64,000 nt of DNA from an uncultured Gammaproteobacteria bacterium (GTDB taxonomy: Bacteria > Patescibacteriota > Patescibacteriia > UBA1558 > S5-K13), in NCBI GenBank assembly GCA_964424195.1, contig CAYRHT010000004.1, positions 12,769 to 76,768 on the forward strand. Reading direction: 5' to 3'. How positions within the stretch are numbered: position 1 is the first letter of the stretch; every line of letters starts with the position of its first letter. The position numbers were made by a program, and so were the translations under genes. Below the pieces are notes generated by a model. It was not told where the DNA came from, made no database searches, and saw only the letters and a list, made by a program, of their open reading frames with translations. Below, in pieces: positions 30,234 to 40,472 of this stretch.

Positions 30234-31445
30234 ATGGCAATATTTAACTACAAGATTTTAGATAAAAAGGAAGAAATAATAGTTGGAGTTGTAGAGGCTC
30301 CTAATGCAGATTTAGCTGTTGAAGCTTTAACTGAAAAAGGATTTAAAGTCGTTGATTTGAAAGAAGCTCGAGCTTCTTTAAATCTTAACTTTAAAGGTCT
30401 TTCTTTTTTAAATCGAATTAATCCTAAAGAATTAGTTATTTTTTCTCGACAATTATCAGTAATGATTTCAGCTACAGTACCAATTGTTCAAGCTTTAAAG
30501 GTAATTGTTAAACAAACTAAAAGTATAACTTTTCAGGATATCATTGATCAAGTTGCTGATGATGTTGATGAAGGTTTAAAATTTTCTGAAGCTTTAAAAA
30601 AGCATTCAGTTTTTAGTGGTTTTTTTGTTAATATGATTGCTTCTGGAGAGAGTTCTGGTAGATTAGATGAAGTTTTAGAATATTTAGCTGATGAAGTTGA
30701 AAAAAACTATGATCTTCAATCCAAGATTAAAGGAGCTATGATTTACCCAACTTTTATAGTTGGGGGTTTAATTGTTGTAGGAGTAGCAATGATGATTTTT
30801 GTCATACCTCAATTAACAGGAATGTTAACTGCTTCTGGACAAGAATTACCTTTTACAACTAAGGCCTTAGTCTTTCTAAGTGATTTATTTAGAAATTATT
30901 TTGTTTACCTATTATTAACAACAATAATAATCGGGGGAGGATTATTCTATTTCATAAAGAAAACAGAGGCCGGAATAAAATTGTATAACCTTTTAAAATT
31001 AAAAGCTCCAGTTTTTGGTAAATTGTGGCAAATGATTTATTTAGTTAGATTTGCCGGAACATTATCAAGTTTAATTAATGCTGGCGTTTCTTTAACTAAT
31101 GCTTTAAATATTACAGCTGATGTAGTTGATAATTATTATTACAAGGAATTAATTGAAGAAGCTGTCGAAAAGGTAAAAGATGGTTATTCAGTAGCTCATG
31201 TATTTTCTAAGAGCAAAATGTTTCCTAGTATGCTTTCTCAAATGTTAAAGATTGGGGAAAGAACTGGTCGTCTTGGGGATGTTTTGGATAAATTAGCTGG
31301 TTTCTATTCAAGAGAGGTGGAGAATATGGTATCTAATTTAACTTCATTATTAGAACCAATGATTATGGTAGTAATTGGTGTAGCTGTCGGAGGAATGGTA
31401 GCAGCTATTATTATGCCAATGTATAATATGGCTAATGCTTTTTAG
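30234..31445 (+). CDS. pilC: Type IV pilus platform protein (GspF/PilC)
   Basis: FSRQLSVM, GESSGRLD, AMIYP, GERTGRL, LLEP. Confidence 0.95.
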   Translation: MAIFNYKILDKKEEIIVGVVEAPNADLAVEALTEKGFKVVDLKEARASLNLNFKGLSFLNRINPKELVIFSRQLSVMISATVPIVQALKVIVKQTKSITFQDIIDQVADDVDEGLKFSEALKKHSVFSGFFVNMIASGESSGRLDEVLEYLADEVEKNYDLQSKIKGAMIYPTFIVGGLIVVGVAMMIFVIPQLTGMLTASGQELPFTTKALVFLSDLFRNYFVYLLLTTIIIGGGLFYFIKKTEAGIKLYNLLKLKAPVFGKLWQMIYLVRFAGTLSSLINAGVSLTNALNITADVVDNYYYKELIEEAVEKVKDGYSVAHVFSKSKMFPSMLSQMLKIGERTGRLGDVLDKLAGFYSREVENMVSNLTSLLEPMIMVVIGVAVGGMVAAIIMPMYNMANAF

Positions 31446-31611
31446 TTAAATATATTAATTGTTCTTTAAAAAATAGTTTTGTGGTATAATATATATGATG
31501 TTAATAACTTAGGCTTTTTTTAGAAGCTGAAAAGTTTTAATATAATTTAAATAAAAATAATTTATCACTTGTTCTAAATAATTTTAGAACATATGAAAGG
31601 AAACAAAAACA

Positions 31612-32091
31612 ATGAAAAGAAAAGGTTTTACTTTAATCGAATTGTTGGTAGTTATTGCTATTATTGGTTTACTATCAACTTTAGCTGTAGTTTCATTAAA
31701 TGGGGCTAGATCAAAGGCTAGAGATGCTAAAAGATTATCAGATGTAAAAGCAATTAGTACTGCTATTGAATTATCATTAGTGAGTAGAGATCTTAGTGGA
31801 TATGATAAAGTACTTTTAGGATGTGATACTGCGGGTCATTTAACAACAGCATGTACTGCTTTGGCTGAACCGGTATTTAATTTTTCTGCAGTTTCAGATC
31901 CTAGTGGCAGTATAGATCCCTGTGAAAGGGCTACTGCTGCTGGTGCAGACTGTGCTTACGCACTTGGTGTTGACCCGACTTCTGATGACTATGAAATTTG
32001 TTTTAGTTTAGAAAATAATACAGGTAATTTATTAGAAGGTGTTAATAAGATTAGTGTAGGCGGAACTTTAACTCGTGGATGTACAAATTAA
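31612..32091 (+). CDS. Type IV pilin
   Basis: Class III signal KG|FTLIELLVVIAIIGLL; ARSKARDAKR. Confidence 0.93.
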   Translation: MKRKGFTLIELLVVIAIIGLLSTLAVVSLNGARSKARDAKRLSDVKAISTAIELSLVSRDLSGYDKVLLGCDTAGHLTTACTALAEPVFNFSAVSDPSGSIDPCERATAAGADCAYALGVDPTSDDYEICFSLENNTGNLLEGVNKISVGGTLTRGCTN

Positions 32092-32104
32092 TTCAGACTT
32101 TATT

Positions 32105-32134
32105 AATCCCTCACTTTTTAGTGGGGGATTTTTT
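32105..32134 (+). terminator. Terminator after pilin
   Basis: aatccctcact/agtgggggatt plus T tract. Confidence 0.75.
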
Positions 32135-32172
32135 AATTAAAAAAATCCCATTTGTAATAAATGCGATTTTAG

Positions 32173-32265
32173 TGGCGGAAGGGAAGGGATTCGAACCCCC
32201 GATACGCCAATAAGACGTATAACAGATTAGCAATCTGTCGCTTTCAGCCACTCAGCCACCCTTCC
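32173..32265 (-). tRNA. tRNA-Ser (GCT)
   Basis: Reverse complement GGAAGGG...ACAGA-TT-GCT-AA-TCTGT, long variable arm, GGTTCGAATCC, ends CCCTTCC-G-CCA. Confidence 0.95.
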
Positions 32266-32334
32266 AATAGTGTTAAAATTATAGCTAAGAAAACTATCGT
32301 TGTCAATCATCTGAATAAATTGTATAATTAGGTT

Positions 32335-32826
32335 ATGGTAGATACTATTCAAAATAAAGGGAAAGTGTTAATTAAATGGCATTTCCCAGAGTTTGAACAA
32401 CCAGAAAGAACTCTTTCTTGGTATATTATTTTATTTATAATCTTTGGAGCATTATTAACTTATTCAGTTTTAACTTTAAATTTTTTATTTGCAATTATTG
32501 TAGTAATGATAGTAGTTATTTTGTTTCTACATCAAAGAAAGGATCCCTTAGAATTGGAGATAAAGATAATGGAAGCAGGAATAGAAATAGGTGATAAATT
32601 TTATGCTTACAAAGATTTAGATAAATTCTTTATTATCTATGAACCACCAGAAATATCTAATTTGTATATAGAGTTTAAAAGTAATTTAAAGCCAGACTTA
32701 AGTATTCCTTTAAAAGATCAAAATCCAGTTAAAGTTAGAGATATATTAATGGATTTTTTATTAGAAGATATTGATAAAGAGGAAGAACCAACTGCTGATT
32801 TTCTAACTAGATGGTTAAAGTTTTAA
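32335..32826 (+). CDS. Two-TM hypothetical protein with C-terminal soluble domain
   Basis: WHFPEFEQPER, two TM helices, EEEP...WLKF. Confidence 0.75.
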   Translation: MVDTIQNKGKVLIKWHFPEFEQPERTLSWYIILFIIFGALLTYSVLTLNFLFAIIVVMIVVILFLHQRKDPLELEIKIMEAGIEIGDKFYAYKDLDKFFIIYEPPEISNLYIEFKSNLKPDLSIPLKDQNPVKVRDILMDFLLEDIDKEEEPTADFLTRWLKF

Positions 32827-32885
32827 ATAAATAGATTATATAGATAAAAAAGACTTTAGTAGTCTTTTTTTTATTTTAGATAGTT

Positions 32886-33155
32886 TTATAGATAAACCTC
32901 TTTACGATGTTTGATTCTAAGAATAATTAGTATTTGTATATTACCTTTATTATCTATATCAAAAATAGCTCTGTAATCACCAATTCTAAATCGATAAGTT
33001 CCCAATCTAGCATCTGTTAATTTTTTAGCATATTTTAATGGTTGATTGTTAGAAATATAAAATCTAAATTTATTTGCAATTCTTTTTTGAATTTTAATGT
33101 CTAATTCTAAAAAATCATTCTTAGCTTTCCTAGTTAATTGAAGCTTATATTTCAT
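32886..33155 (-). CDS. RelE/ParE-family toxin
   Basis: YRFRIGDYRAIFD, HRKEVY; overlaps the antitoxin stop. Confidence 0.92.
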   Translation of the reverse strand: MKYKLQLTRKAKNDFLELDIKIQKRIANKFRFYISNNQPLKYAKKLTDARLGTYRFRIGDYRAIFDIDNKGNIQILIILRIKHRKEVYL

Positions 33156-33400
33156 AAACCTAATTCTTTTGCTACTACTTCAAAGTCATAGACTTTGCCA
33201 TTTTTTACGTCTTTTCTAGCTTCTTTAATATCAAAGGCAAGTTTTTCTAATATAGTATCTTTTTTATTAAGTGGTTCAACCTTAAAAACTGGTTGGTTAC
33301 GATTTAGAACTATAAAACGCCAATTATTTTTTCGGGATTTTTTATGTAGATTAGTTATATTTTGACGAAACTCTCTAATACCTATTAATTTTGTTATCAT
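33152..33400 (-). CDS. Phd/YefM-like antitoxin
   Basis: IGIREFRQN, IVLNRNQPVF; directly upstream of the toxin. Confidence 0.85.
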   Translation of the reverse strand: MITKLIGIREFRQNITNLHKKSRKNNWRFIVLNRNQPVFKVEPLNKKDTILEKLAFDIKEARKDVKNGKVYDFEVVAKELGL

Positions 33401-33410
33401 ATATTTATGA

Positions 33411-33461
33411 TTAATATTTAATGTATATCTTAAGTGTACACATTAGATATTAATTTGTCAA
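33411..33461 (-). promoter_or_regulatory. TA promoter with palindromic operator
   Basis: TTGACA on the minus strand at 33456-33461; 18-bp imperfect inverted repeat 33411-33428/33436-33453. Confidence 0.6.
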
Positions 33462-33463
33462 GT

Positions 33464-34987
33464 CTATCTTTTATTTCTAACGTAGTTATTAAATTTCTTT
33501 ACTACTTTATTTTTAAAGCTCGACATTTTATTATTTTCAGAACGAGATAGAGCGGCTCTAATCTTATCTTTAGCAGTATTAGTTTTTACAAAATTTAACC
33601 AATCAGGGTTTGGTATTTTTCTATTTTTATCTGTTAGAATCTCTACAAAATCACCATTTTTTAATTCAGCATCAACTTTAGACATCTTATCATTTATTCT
33701 GACACCAATACACTTATTCCCTATTTCAGTATGGATATGATAGGCAAAATCTATAGCGGTTGAGTTCTCTGGTAGATCGATAACATCATTTTTTGGTGTA
33801 AAGACAAATATTCTAGATTTAAAGATATCAGTATTTAATTTTATATATTTTAAATAATTCTTATTATTTTTAATCTTTTTTTGCCATTTTATTAAATCAT
33901 TAATCCAAGTAAATTCTTTTTTGTTAATACTTACTTTCTTTTTTTCTTTATATCTCCAATGAGCAGCAATACCAAGCTCAGCTATTCTTTCCATTCTTTG
34001 AGTTCTAATTTGAATTTCAACCGGCTGATGATTTTCATCAAATATTGTAGTATGGAGAGATTGATAACCATTGGGTTTTGATTGTGATATATAATCTTTA
34101 ACTCTTCCGTTCAAAGGTTGCCAATGATTATGAATTATTCCTAATATCGAATAACAGTCATTGATAGTTCTGGCTATAATTCTCAGGGCTATTAGGTCGT
34201 AGATATTATAGATATCCTTATCTTTCCGAAGTAATTTTTTATATGTTGAATAGGTATGCTTCTTTCGACCATAAATATCTCTATGTTGAATATTGTGCTT
34301 ATTAAGTAGACTTTGTAAATCTCCTTTTATCTTGTTAAGGGACTTAGTTCTCTTTTTAACTTGGTTTTGTATCTTTTGTTGAGTCCAAGAATATTCATCT
34401 GGATAAACAAAAGGAAAAGATAAATCTTCTATTTGTTCTTTAAATTTATACATACCAAGTCGACTAGCTATAGGAGCATATATTTCTAAAGATTCTAAGG
34501 CAATACGATATTGTTTTTCTTTGCTAGGATGATGATGTAATGTTTTTAGATTATGTATTCTATCAGCAAATCTAATAATAATTACTCGAATATCTTTAGA
34601 CATGGCTACAAACATTTTTCTAAGATTTTCAGCATATCTTTTAACTCCACGATATTTAATCTTTCCAATCTTGGTCACACCATCAACTAATTGAGCAATT
34701 TCTGCTCCAAATTCATCTTTAATATCAGAGATTGAAAATTCAGTTTCTTCGGGAACATCATGTAATAGTCCAGCTATAACTGTACTGATATCCATATCCA
34801 TTTTAGCTAAAGTGTAAGCTGTTTCTACAGGATGAATAATATATTCTTCACCACTTAGTCTTTTTTGATTTTGATGAACAACAGAAGCAAATTCCCAAGC
34901 TTTAATCAGGGGCTTAGTATTTATTTTAAGCCCTTCATTCTTATTGTTCTCATCAACTTTTTTAATTATATCTTCTATAGTATGCAT
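33464..34987 (-). CDS. RelA/SpoT homolog (HD-SYNTH-TGS, no ACT domain)
   Basis: RLSGEEYIIHP, LLHD, ADRIHN, YQSLHT, EIQIRT, AAHWRYKE, DFAYHIHT. Confidence 0.95.
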   Translation of the reverse strand: MHTIEDIIKKVDENNKNEGLKINTKPLIKAWEFASVVHQNQKRLSGEEYIIHPVETAYTLAKMDMDISTVIAGLLHDVPEETEFSISDIKDEFGAEIAQLVDGVTKIGKIKYRGVKRYAENLRKMFVAMSKDIRVIIIRFADRIHNLKTLHHHPSKEKQYRIALESLEIYAPIASRLGMYKFKEQIEDLSFPFVYPDEYSWTQQKIQNQVKKRTKSLNKIKGDLQSLLNKHNIQHRDIYGRKKHTYSTYKKLLRKDKDIYNIYDLIALRIIARTINDCYSILGIIHNHWQPLNGRVKDYISQSKPNGYQSLHTTIFDENHQPVEIQIRTQRMERIAELGIAAHWRYKEKKKVSINKKEFTWINDLIKWQKKIKNNKNYLKYIKLNTDIFKSRIFVFTPKNDVIDLPENSTAIDFAYHIHTEIGNKCIGVRINDKMSKVDAELKNGDFVEILTDKNRKIPNPDWLNFVKTNTAKDKIRAALSRSENNKMSSFKNKVVKKFNNYVRNKR

Positions 34988-35035
34988 ACTTTAAGTATAA
35001 AGTATAAATATAAAAGTATAAAGTGCTTTTTTGAG

Positions 35036-35071
35036 AAATAAAAAATCCCCTACTCAAGAAGTAGGGGATTT
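35036..35071 (-). terminator. Terminator after topA
   Basis: aaatcccctact/agtaggggattt perfect stem. Confidence 0.75.
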
Positions 35072-35080
35072 ATAATAAGT

Positions 35081-37285
35081 TTATTTATCTAGTTTATGGG
35101 GATTATGATTAGGACAGACTTTATCACTACATCTTTCTGGAATTGTTTTTGTTCCTTCCATCATGAGACAACCACATTTTTCATTGTCACGATCTTTTCG
35201 AATATAATCACATTTCTTTCCAGTTGGTTTAGCTTTGATAGCATATTTACATTCCGGATAATTAGAACAGCTATAGAATATTCCAAATCTTCCTCTTCTT
35301 TCTGACATTTCTCCATCTTTACATTGAGGACATTTTACACCAGTCATTTTCTTTTTTTCTTCTTCGGGGTCATTCTTTATATATTTACATTTAGGATAAT
35401 TAGAACAAGAGATAAATTTTCCAAAACGACCTTCTCTAAGTACTAAATCATTTTCACATTTGGGACATTTTTCTCCAGTTGCTTTGGGCCCTTCAATCTC
35501 TTTTCCTTCTAAGGTTAAAGCTCCTTCACAATCAGGATATTTTTCACAACTCATGAATTTACCAGACTTACCTAGTTTGTAAACCATAGCTCCACTACAT
35601 TTAGGACATTTGTATTTCTTATCAGCTGGCCCTAGGTTAGATATTTTTTCAATCTTTTCTTTACTTTTAATATCTTTAATAAAAGGAGTATAGAAATCCT
35701 TTAATAATTTTTCATAGGTAAGTTTTTTGTCAGCAACTTCATCCAATTCATTTTCCATTTCAGCGGTGAAATCATCGCTGATATAGTTTTCAAAATGTGC
35801 TTCTAAGAAGGAACTAACTACATCTCCAGTATCAGTAGGATGTAAAGCTTTACCTACTTTTTCGACATAACCTCTGTTATACAAAGTTTTAACGATAGTA
35901 GCGTAAGTACTTGGACGACCAAGGCCTCGTTTTTCTAATTCTTTAATTAAAGAAGCTTCTGAGTATCTATTTGGTGGCTGAGTCTCTTTTGCTTCAGTAT
36001 TCATTTCTAACAAGTTTAGAATATCATTCTCCTGGATCTTTGGTAGAATAGTATCTTCATTTTTAGCAAAAGTATCAATCTTTAACCAACCATCGAATAA
36101 TAATCTTGATCCATTAATTGAGAAATTAGGTAAATCTTTATTATCGAATTTAATAATAACTTTAGTTTTTAATACTTTGGCATCACTCATTTGGGAAGCT
36201 AGAGTTCTTTGATAAATAAGTTGATATATTTTTTGTTGTTGGGCTGTTTTACCAGCACTTTCAATATTTAAATTACTAGGACGAATAGCTTCATGAGCTT
36301 CTTGAGCATTTTTAGATTTACCTTTAAAAACTCTAGATTGTAGGTATTCTTTACCATAATTTTTAGCGATAATAGCTTGAGCTTGTTTTTGGGCATTAGA
36401 ACTCAAAGTAGTACTATCAGTCCTCATATAAGTTATTAGACCGGCCTCATAGAGCCTTTGAGCATGCATCATGGTTTGACTAGGAGAATAGCCTAAACGA
36501 GAACTAGCAGCTTGTTGAAGAGTAGAAGTAATGAAAGGTGCTCGAGGAGATTTTTTAGCATTAGTTTCTTTAACCTCACTTACTTTCCATTCTTCTTTTT
36601 TACCCTCTTTCAAGATTGTATCAACTTTCTTTTTGTCTTTAGGTTCTTCAGCACAAGTTAAAGTTATTTTCTCTTTTCCCTTAGTTTCAACATCAGCAGT
36701 AATTACCCAGAAATCTTCAGAAACAAAATCTCTGATTAATCTTTCTTTTTCCATTAGAATTCTCAGAGCAGGGGATTGAACTCTTCCAGCAGAAAGACCA
36801 TATCTTAATTTCTTCCAAATTAAACCACTAAGACCATAACCAAACAATCTGTCTAATATTCTTCGGGCTTCTTGAGCTTTTCTTAAGTCTTGATCAATTT
36901 CTCGAGGATGTAAGATAGCAGCTTTTACTGCTTCTTCAGTAATTTCATTAAAAGCAACTCTTTTAGCATTGGGCATTTTTAAAATTTCAGCAATATGCCA
37001 AGCAATAGCTTCACCTTCACGATCAGGATCTGTAGCCAGGATAACTTCATCAGCTTTTTTGGCTTCTCTTTTTAATTCAGCTATAACTTTTTCCTTACCA
37101 TGAATTACTTCATAATTAGGTTTAAAATTATTTTCAATATCTACGGCATTAGCTTTTTTAGAACTAGATTTAGGAATATCACGAATATGTCCAACAGAAG
37201 AAGTAACAACATAGTCTTTTCCTAAATATTTTGAAATTGTTTTTGATTTCGCTGGAGATTCAACGATTAGTAATGTTTTATTCAT
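35081..37285 (-). CDS. topA: DNA topoisomerase I
   Basis: IVESPAK, ATDPDREGE, SAGRVQS, ITYMRTDS, zinc ribbons. Confidence 0.98.
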   Translation of the reverse strand: MNKTLLIVESPAKSKTISKYLGKDYVVTSSVGHIRDIPKSSSKKANAVDIENNFKPNYEVIHGKEKVIAELKREAKKADEVILATDPDREGEAIAWHIAEILKMPNAKRVAFNEITEEAVKAAILHPREIDQDLRKAQEARRILDRLFGYGLSGLIWKKLRYGLSAGRVQSPALRILMEKERLIRDFVSEDFWVITADVETKGKEKITLTCAEEPKDKKKVDTILKEGKKEEWKVSEVKETNAKKSPRAPFITSTLQQAASSRLGYSPSQTMMHAQRLYEAGLITYMRTDSTTLSSNAQKQAQAIIAKNYGKEYLQSRVFKGKSKNAQEAHEAIRPSNLNIESAGKTAQQQKIYQLIYQRTLASQMSDAKVLKTKVIIKFDNKDLPNFSINGSRLLFDGWLKIDTFAKNEDTILPKIQENDILNLLEMNTEAKETQPPNRYSEASLIKELEKRGLGRPSTYATIVKTLYNRGYVEKVGKALHPTDTGDVVSSFLEAHFENYISDDFTAEMENELDEVADKKLTYEKLLKDFYTPFIKDIKSKEKIEKISNLGPADKKYKCPKCSGAMVYKLGKSGKFMSCEKYPDCEGALTLEGKEIEGPKATGEKCPKCENDLVLREGRFGKFISCSNYPKCKYIKNDPEEEKKKMTGVKCPQCKDGEMSERRGRFGIFYSCSNYPECKYAIKAKPTGKKCDYIRKDRDNEKCGCLMMEGTKTIPERCSDKVCPNHNPHKLDK

Positions 37286-37296
37286 TTTTGTTTTTT

Positions 37297-38583
37297 TTAA
37301 AAGCTTCTTCGATGTGATAAGATATGTTCTTCATTGATCCATTTTTTTCTAAGATCCCCAACTAGATACATGGAACCAGTAACAGTTAAGCAATCTTTAC
37401 TATTAATTAAAGATAATGAAAAGTTTAGAGCTTGCCATGGGTCTAAGAAATAATCTACTTTAGCCTTTATCTTTAAATCTTTAATTATTTTTTGAAAAGT
37501 TTTTAAACCAGTAGTCTTACGTCCACCAACAACAGATAAGCTTCTAGTAAATACAATATGATCTGCTAAATGAGCAATTTCTTTTAGAGATTTATATGAA
37601 TCTTTGTCAGAAACCATAGCGAACATTAAAACTAGTTTTTTGTATTTAACGGTCTCTAAATTTTCAGCTAATCTTTTAATTTTAACTGGATTATGAGAAC
37701 CATCTATAATGATTCTTGGGGAAGCTTGAATAGTTTCAAAACGACAAGGAAGTTTAGTTCTTTTAATTGCTTTTTTAGCAGTTTGTTTATTAACTTCTAA
37801 TAATTCCCCTACTTTTTTAGCAATTAAATTATTTTTGTTACCAATTTCATTTTTATATTTCAAACTGATAAACTCTATTTTATCTTTAGCACATCTGGCT
37901 TTAAACATCTTTAATATCTGTGGTCGAGACTCAGTAGTGATAAAAGTACAACCAGGTTTAATTATTTCTACTTTGTTTTTAGCAATTTCATTTAGAGTAT
38001 TTCCTAATACATTTTGATGGTCATAATTTACATTAGTCACAATAGCAATTTTAGTATTTCTAATAACATTAGTAGCATCAAATTTTCCACCTAAACCAGC
38101 TTCTAAAACTATTAATTTACATTTTCTTTGAACAAAGTAGAGAAAAGCTATAGTTAAGAAAACTTCGAAATAGGAAGGAACTCCATAGGGACTTTTTAAA
38201 GCACATTCAGTTAAAGGAGTTTTTAGACTTTCAACTATATTAGCAAAAGCATTAGGAGTTATGTATTTGTTATTCACTCTAATTCTTTCAATATGAGCAG
38301 TAGTGTGAGGTGAATAATATGAACCAACTTTGTATTTTGATTTCAATACATTATGAATAGCAGCGGTAGTACTTCCTTTACCAGCTGTTCCAGCAATATG
38401 AATGTATTCTAATTTTTTTTCAGGATTACCTACTAAATCTAAAAGGTATTTCAATCTTTTAATGAAAAAAGATCTATCATATCCTTTAGTCTTTTTTTCT
38501 CGCTTGTTCATATAATTAGAACCAGGAATATTATTCAAGGATTCTAAGAATTTAACAGCTTTTTTATATTTTGCGTTTATCAT
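37297..38583 (-). CDS. folC: Folylpolyglutamate/dihydrofolate synthase family
   Basis: HIAGTAGKGST, LEAGLGGKFDATN, IDGSHNP, TGSMYLVG. Confidence 0.9.
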   Translation of the reverse strand: MINAKYKKAVKFLESLNNIPGSNYMNKREKKTKGYDRSFFIKRLKYLLDLVGNPEKKLEYIHIAGTAGKGSTTAAIHNVLKSKYKVGSYYSPHTTAHIERIRVNNKYITPNAFANIVESLKTPLTECALKSPYGVPSYFEVFLTIAFLYFVQRKCKLIVLEAGLGGKFDATNVIRNTKIAIVTNVNYDHQNVLGNTLNEIAKNKVEIIKPGCTFITTESRPQILKMFKARCAKDKIEFISLKYKNEIGNKNNLIAKKVGELLEVNKQTAKKAIKRTKLPCRFETIQASPRIIIDGSHNPVKIKRLAENLETVKYKKLVLMFAMVSDKDSYKSLKEIAHLADHIVFTRSLSVVGGRKTTGLKTFQKIIKDLKIKAKVDYFLDPWQALNFSLSLINSKDCLTVTGSMYLVGDLRKKWINEEHILSHRRSF

Positions 38584-38596
38584 AGTTATTTATTAT

Positions 38597-39253
38597 TTAT
38601 TTTGTTTGCTTAGATTTTAACCATTTTACTCCTAGATAACAAAGAGGAGTGTCTAGAAGTGCAAATACTATTTTAAATACCCAATAAGGGATGATTAATG
38701 TAAGGATAAAACTTGTTGTAAACTTGGGAGTAAGATGATAGAAGGCAATATACATGAAAACAGTAGTATCTATGAATTGACTTACTATAGTGGAAGCATT
38801 ATTTCTTAACCAAAGGAATTTACCTTTAGTTTTTTTCTTCCAAAAGTGGAAAGCCCAAATATCATGATATTGACTAAGGATGAAAGCAATTAGACTAGCA
38901 ATAGTCATCCTAATACTTCCTTTAAATATCATTTCGTATGCTTCTTGATTTAACCATTTTTCATGAGCAGGCATAATAATACAAAGATACATCATTGCTA
39001 GAGCGAATAGGAGGACTGAGATTGATATATAGAAAAAGTTTTTAGCTCGGGACTTACCATGGACTTCAGTAATGATATCAGTGACTAAGAAGAGAACAGG
39101 AACAAAGAAGATTCCAACTGATACTCTAACTCCTAAAATAGTAGTTATTTTACTTCCTAAAAGATTAGCTAATATCAAAGAGGCAATAAAAAATCCTAAT
39201 AGTAGATCTGTTTTAAACTCAGCGTCATATTTTAATTTCTGAATAATATTCAT
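38597..39253 (-). CDS. Queuosine precursor transporter (YhhQ/VUT family)
   Basis: TDIITEVHG, ASLIAFILSQ, LWLRNNASTIVSQFIDT. Confidence 0.9.
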   Translation of the reverse strand: MNIIQKLKYDAEFKTDLLLGFFIASLILANLLGSKITTILGVRVSVGIFFVPVLFLVTDIITEVHGKSRAKNFFYISISVLLFALAMMYLCIIMPAHEKWLNQEAYEMIFKGSIRMTIASLIAFILSQYHDIWAFHFWKKKTKGKFLWLRNNASTIVSQFIDTTVFMYIAFYHLTPKFTTSFILTLIIPYWVFKIVFALLDTPLCYLGVKWLKSKQTK

Positions 39254-39365
39254 GGGTTCAAGTTCTTTTTATTTTTTAAATAGAAAACAATAATACTGAT
39301 TTTAAGTCTACTATATATCACTGTTTTGTCAATTAAAGAGAGTTGTTTTAAAGGTAGATTATAGA

Positions 39366-40247
39366 CTATTCATATATCTCTAGGATATCAGAAAGGTCAT
39401 TAACTAACCTAGCCCCTTCTTTTATTAAATTATTAGTTCCCTGACAGTTATTTTGGAAAATACTTCCCGGAATAACTAATAATTCTCGATTTTCATAAAG
39501 AGCAAAATTACCAGTGATTAAAGCTCCAGATCTTTCTTGAGCTTCTATTATTAAAGTAGCTGAAGACATTCCAGCAATAATCCTATTCCTCATCGGAAAG
39601 TTTTCTTTAGCTATTTCTGAACCAATTGGAAATTCTGAAATTAATAATCCTTTTTCTCTTATCTCTTGAGCTAGTTCTAGATTTTGATAAGGGTAGATTT
39701 TGTTTAAAGGAGAACCGAGGACAGCGATTGTTGATCCAATAGTATTAATACTTTCTATATGAGCTAGAGCATCAATACCTAGAGCTAAGCCAGAAATAAT
39801 AGTAATATTTTTTTCAGCAATTGGTTTAATAAATTCTTTGATTGCAGATTCTCCATAGGAAGTATATTTTCGGGAACCAACTACACTCAGGAAGTTCTTT
39901 CTTTTTAAAAGTTCAATATTTTCTTGAGCGAATAGAACTAAAGGAGGAGAAAAGATTTGTTTTAAAAGAAAAGGGTATTCTGGATCAAAGTAAGTTATAA
40001 TCTCAATATTTTGTTCTATGTGTTTATTCCAAACTTCTTTCAAATCTATCTTATTCCTATTCTCTAGGAATGTTTTAATAAGCTTTGGACTGAGATTGAT
40101 TCTTTGTAAATCTTGGTAACTAAGGTTCCAAATTTTCTCCCAATTTTTATATACCTTAAGTAATTGAGTGATTCTTTTAAATCCAAATTTGGGAATTAAA
40201 GAAAGACCCAGGATAATCTTTTGTTGTTGATTTAGAGGAGTGGACAT
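39366..40247 (-). CDS. dprA: DNA processing protein DprA
   Basis: VVGSRK, ISGLALGIDALAH, FPMRNRIIAG, SGALIT. Confidence 0.96.
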   Translation of the reverse strand: MSTPLNQQQKIILGLSLIPKFGFKRITQLLKVYKNWEKIWNLSYQDLQRINLSPKLIKTFLENRNKIDLKEVWNKHIEQNIEIITYFDPEYPFLLKQIFSPPLVLFAQENIELLKRKNFLSVVGSRKYTSYGESAIKEFIKPIAEKNITIISGLALGIDALAHIESINTIGSTIAVLGSPLNKIYPYQNLELAQEIREKGLLISEFPIGSEIAKENFPMRNRIIAGMSSATLIIEAQERSGALITGNFALYENRELLVIPGSIFQNNCQGTNNLIKEGARLVNDLSDILEIYE

Positions 40248-40367
40248 AAATTAATTTTTAATAAAATAAAAAATCGCTTGTCTACTAAAGTAAAATTTAA
40301 ATTTTACATAAGTAAACTATTGCGACCTGTTTGTATAGTATCTTTTTGTAATATTTTTGTAAAGCTC

Positions 40368-40396
40368 TTGACAAGATTTATAATATATGCTATAGT
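40368..40396 (+). promoter_or_regulatory. sigma70 promoter
   Basis: TTGACA-17-TATAGT with extended TG. Confidence 0.75.
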
Positions 40397-40472
40397 TGAA
40401 TATTGATAATTAGTAGTGAAAGCTTGGTGCGGAAAACCGCTTAATCTTTACAGCCAAGTTTTTGGAGGAAAA

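Noticed and set aside
32100-33460. Integrative element at tRNA-Ser carrying the TA pair
   Set aside because: No integrase and no duplicated tRNA 3' end seen; the TA lies on the tRNA 5' side
39254-39340. preQ1 riboswitch upstream of the YhhQ gene
   Set aside because: No convincing P1 stem with the conserved loop and A-rich tail
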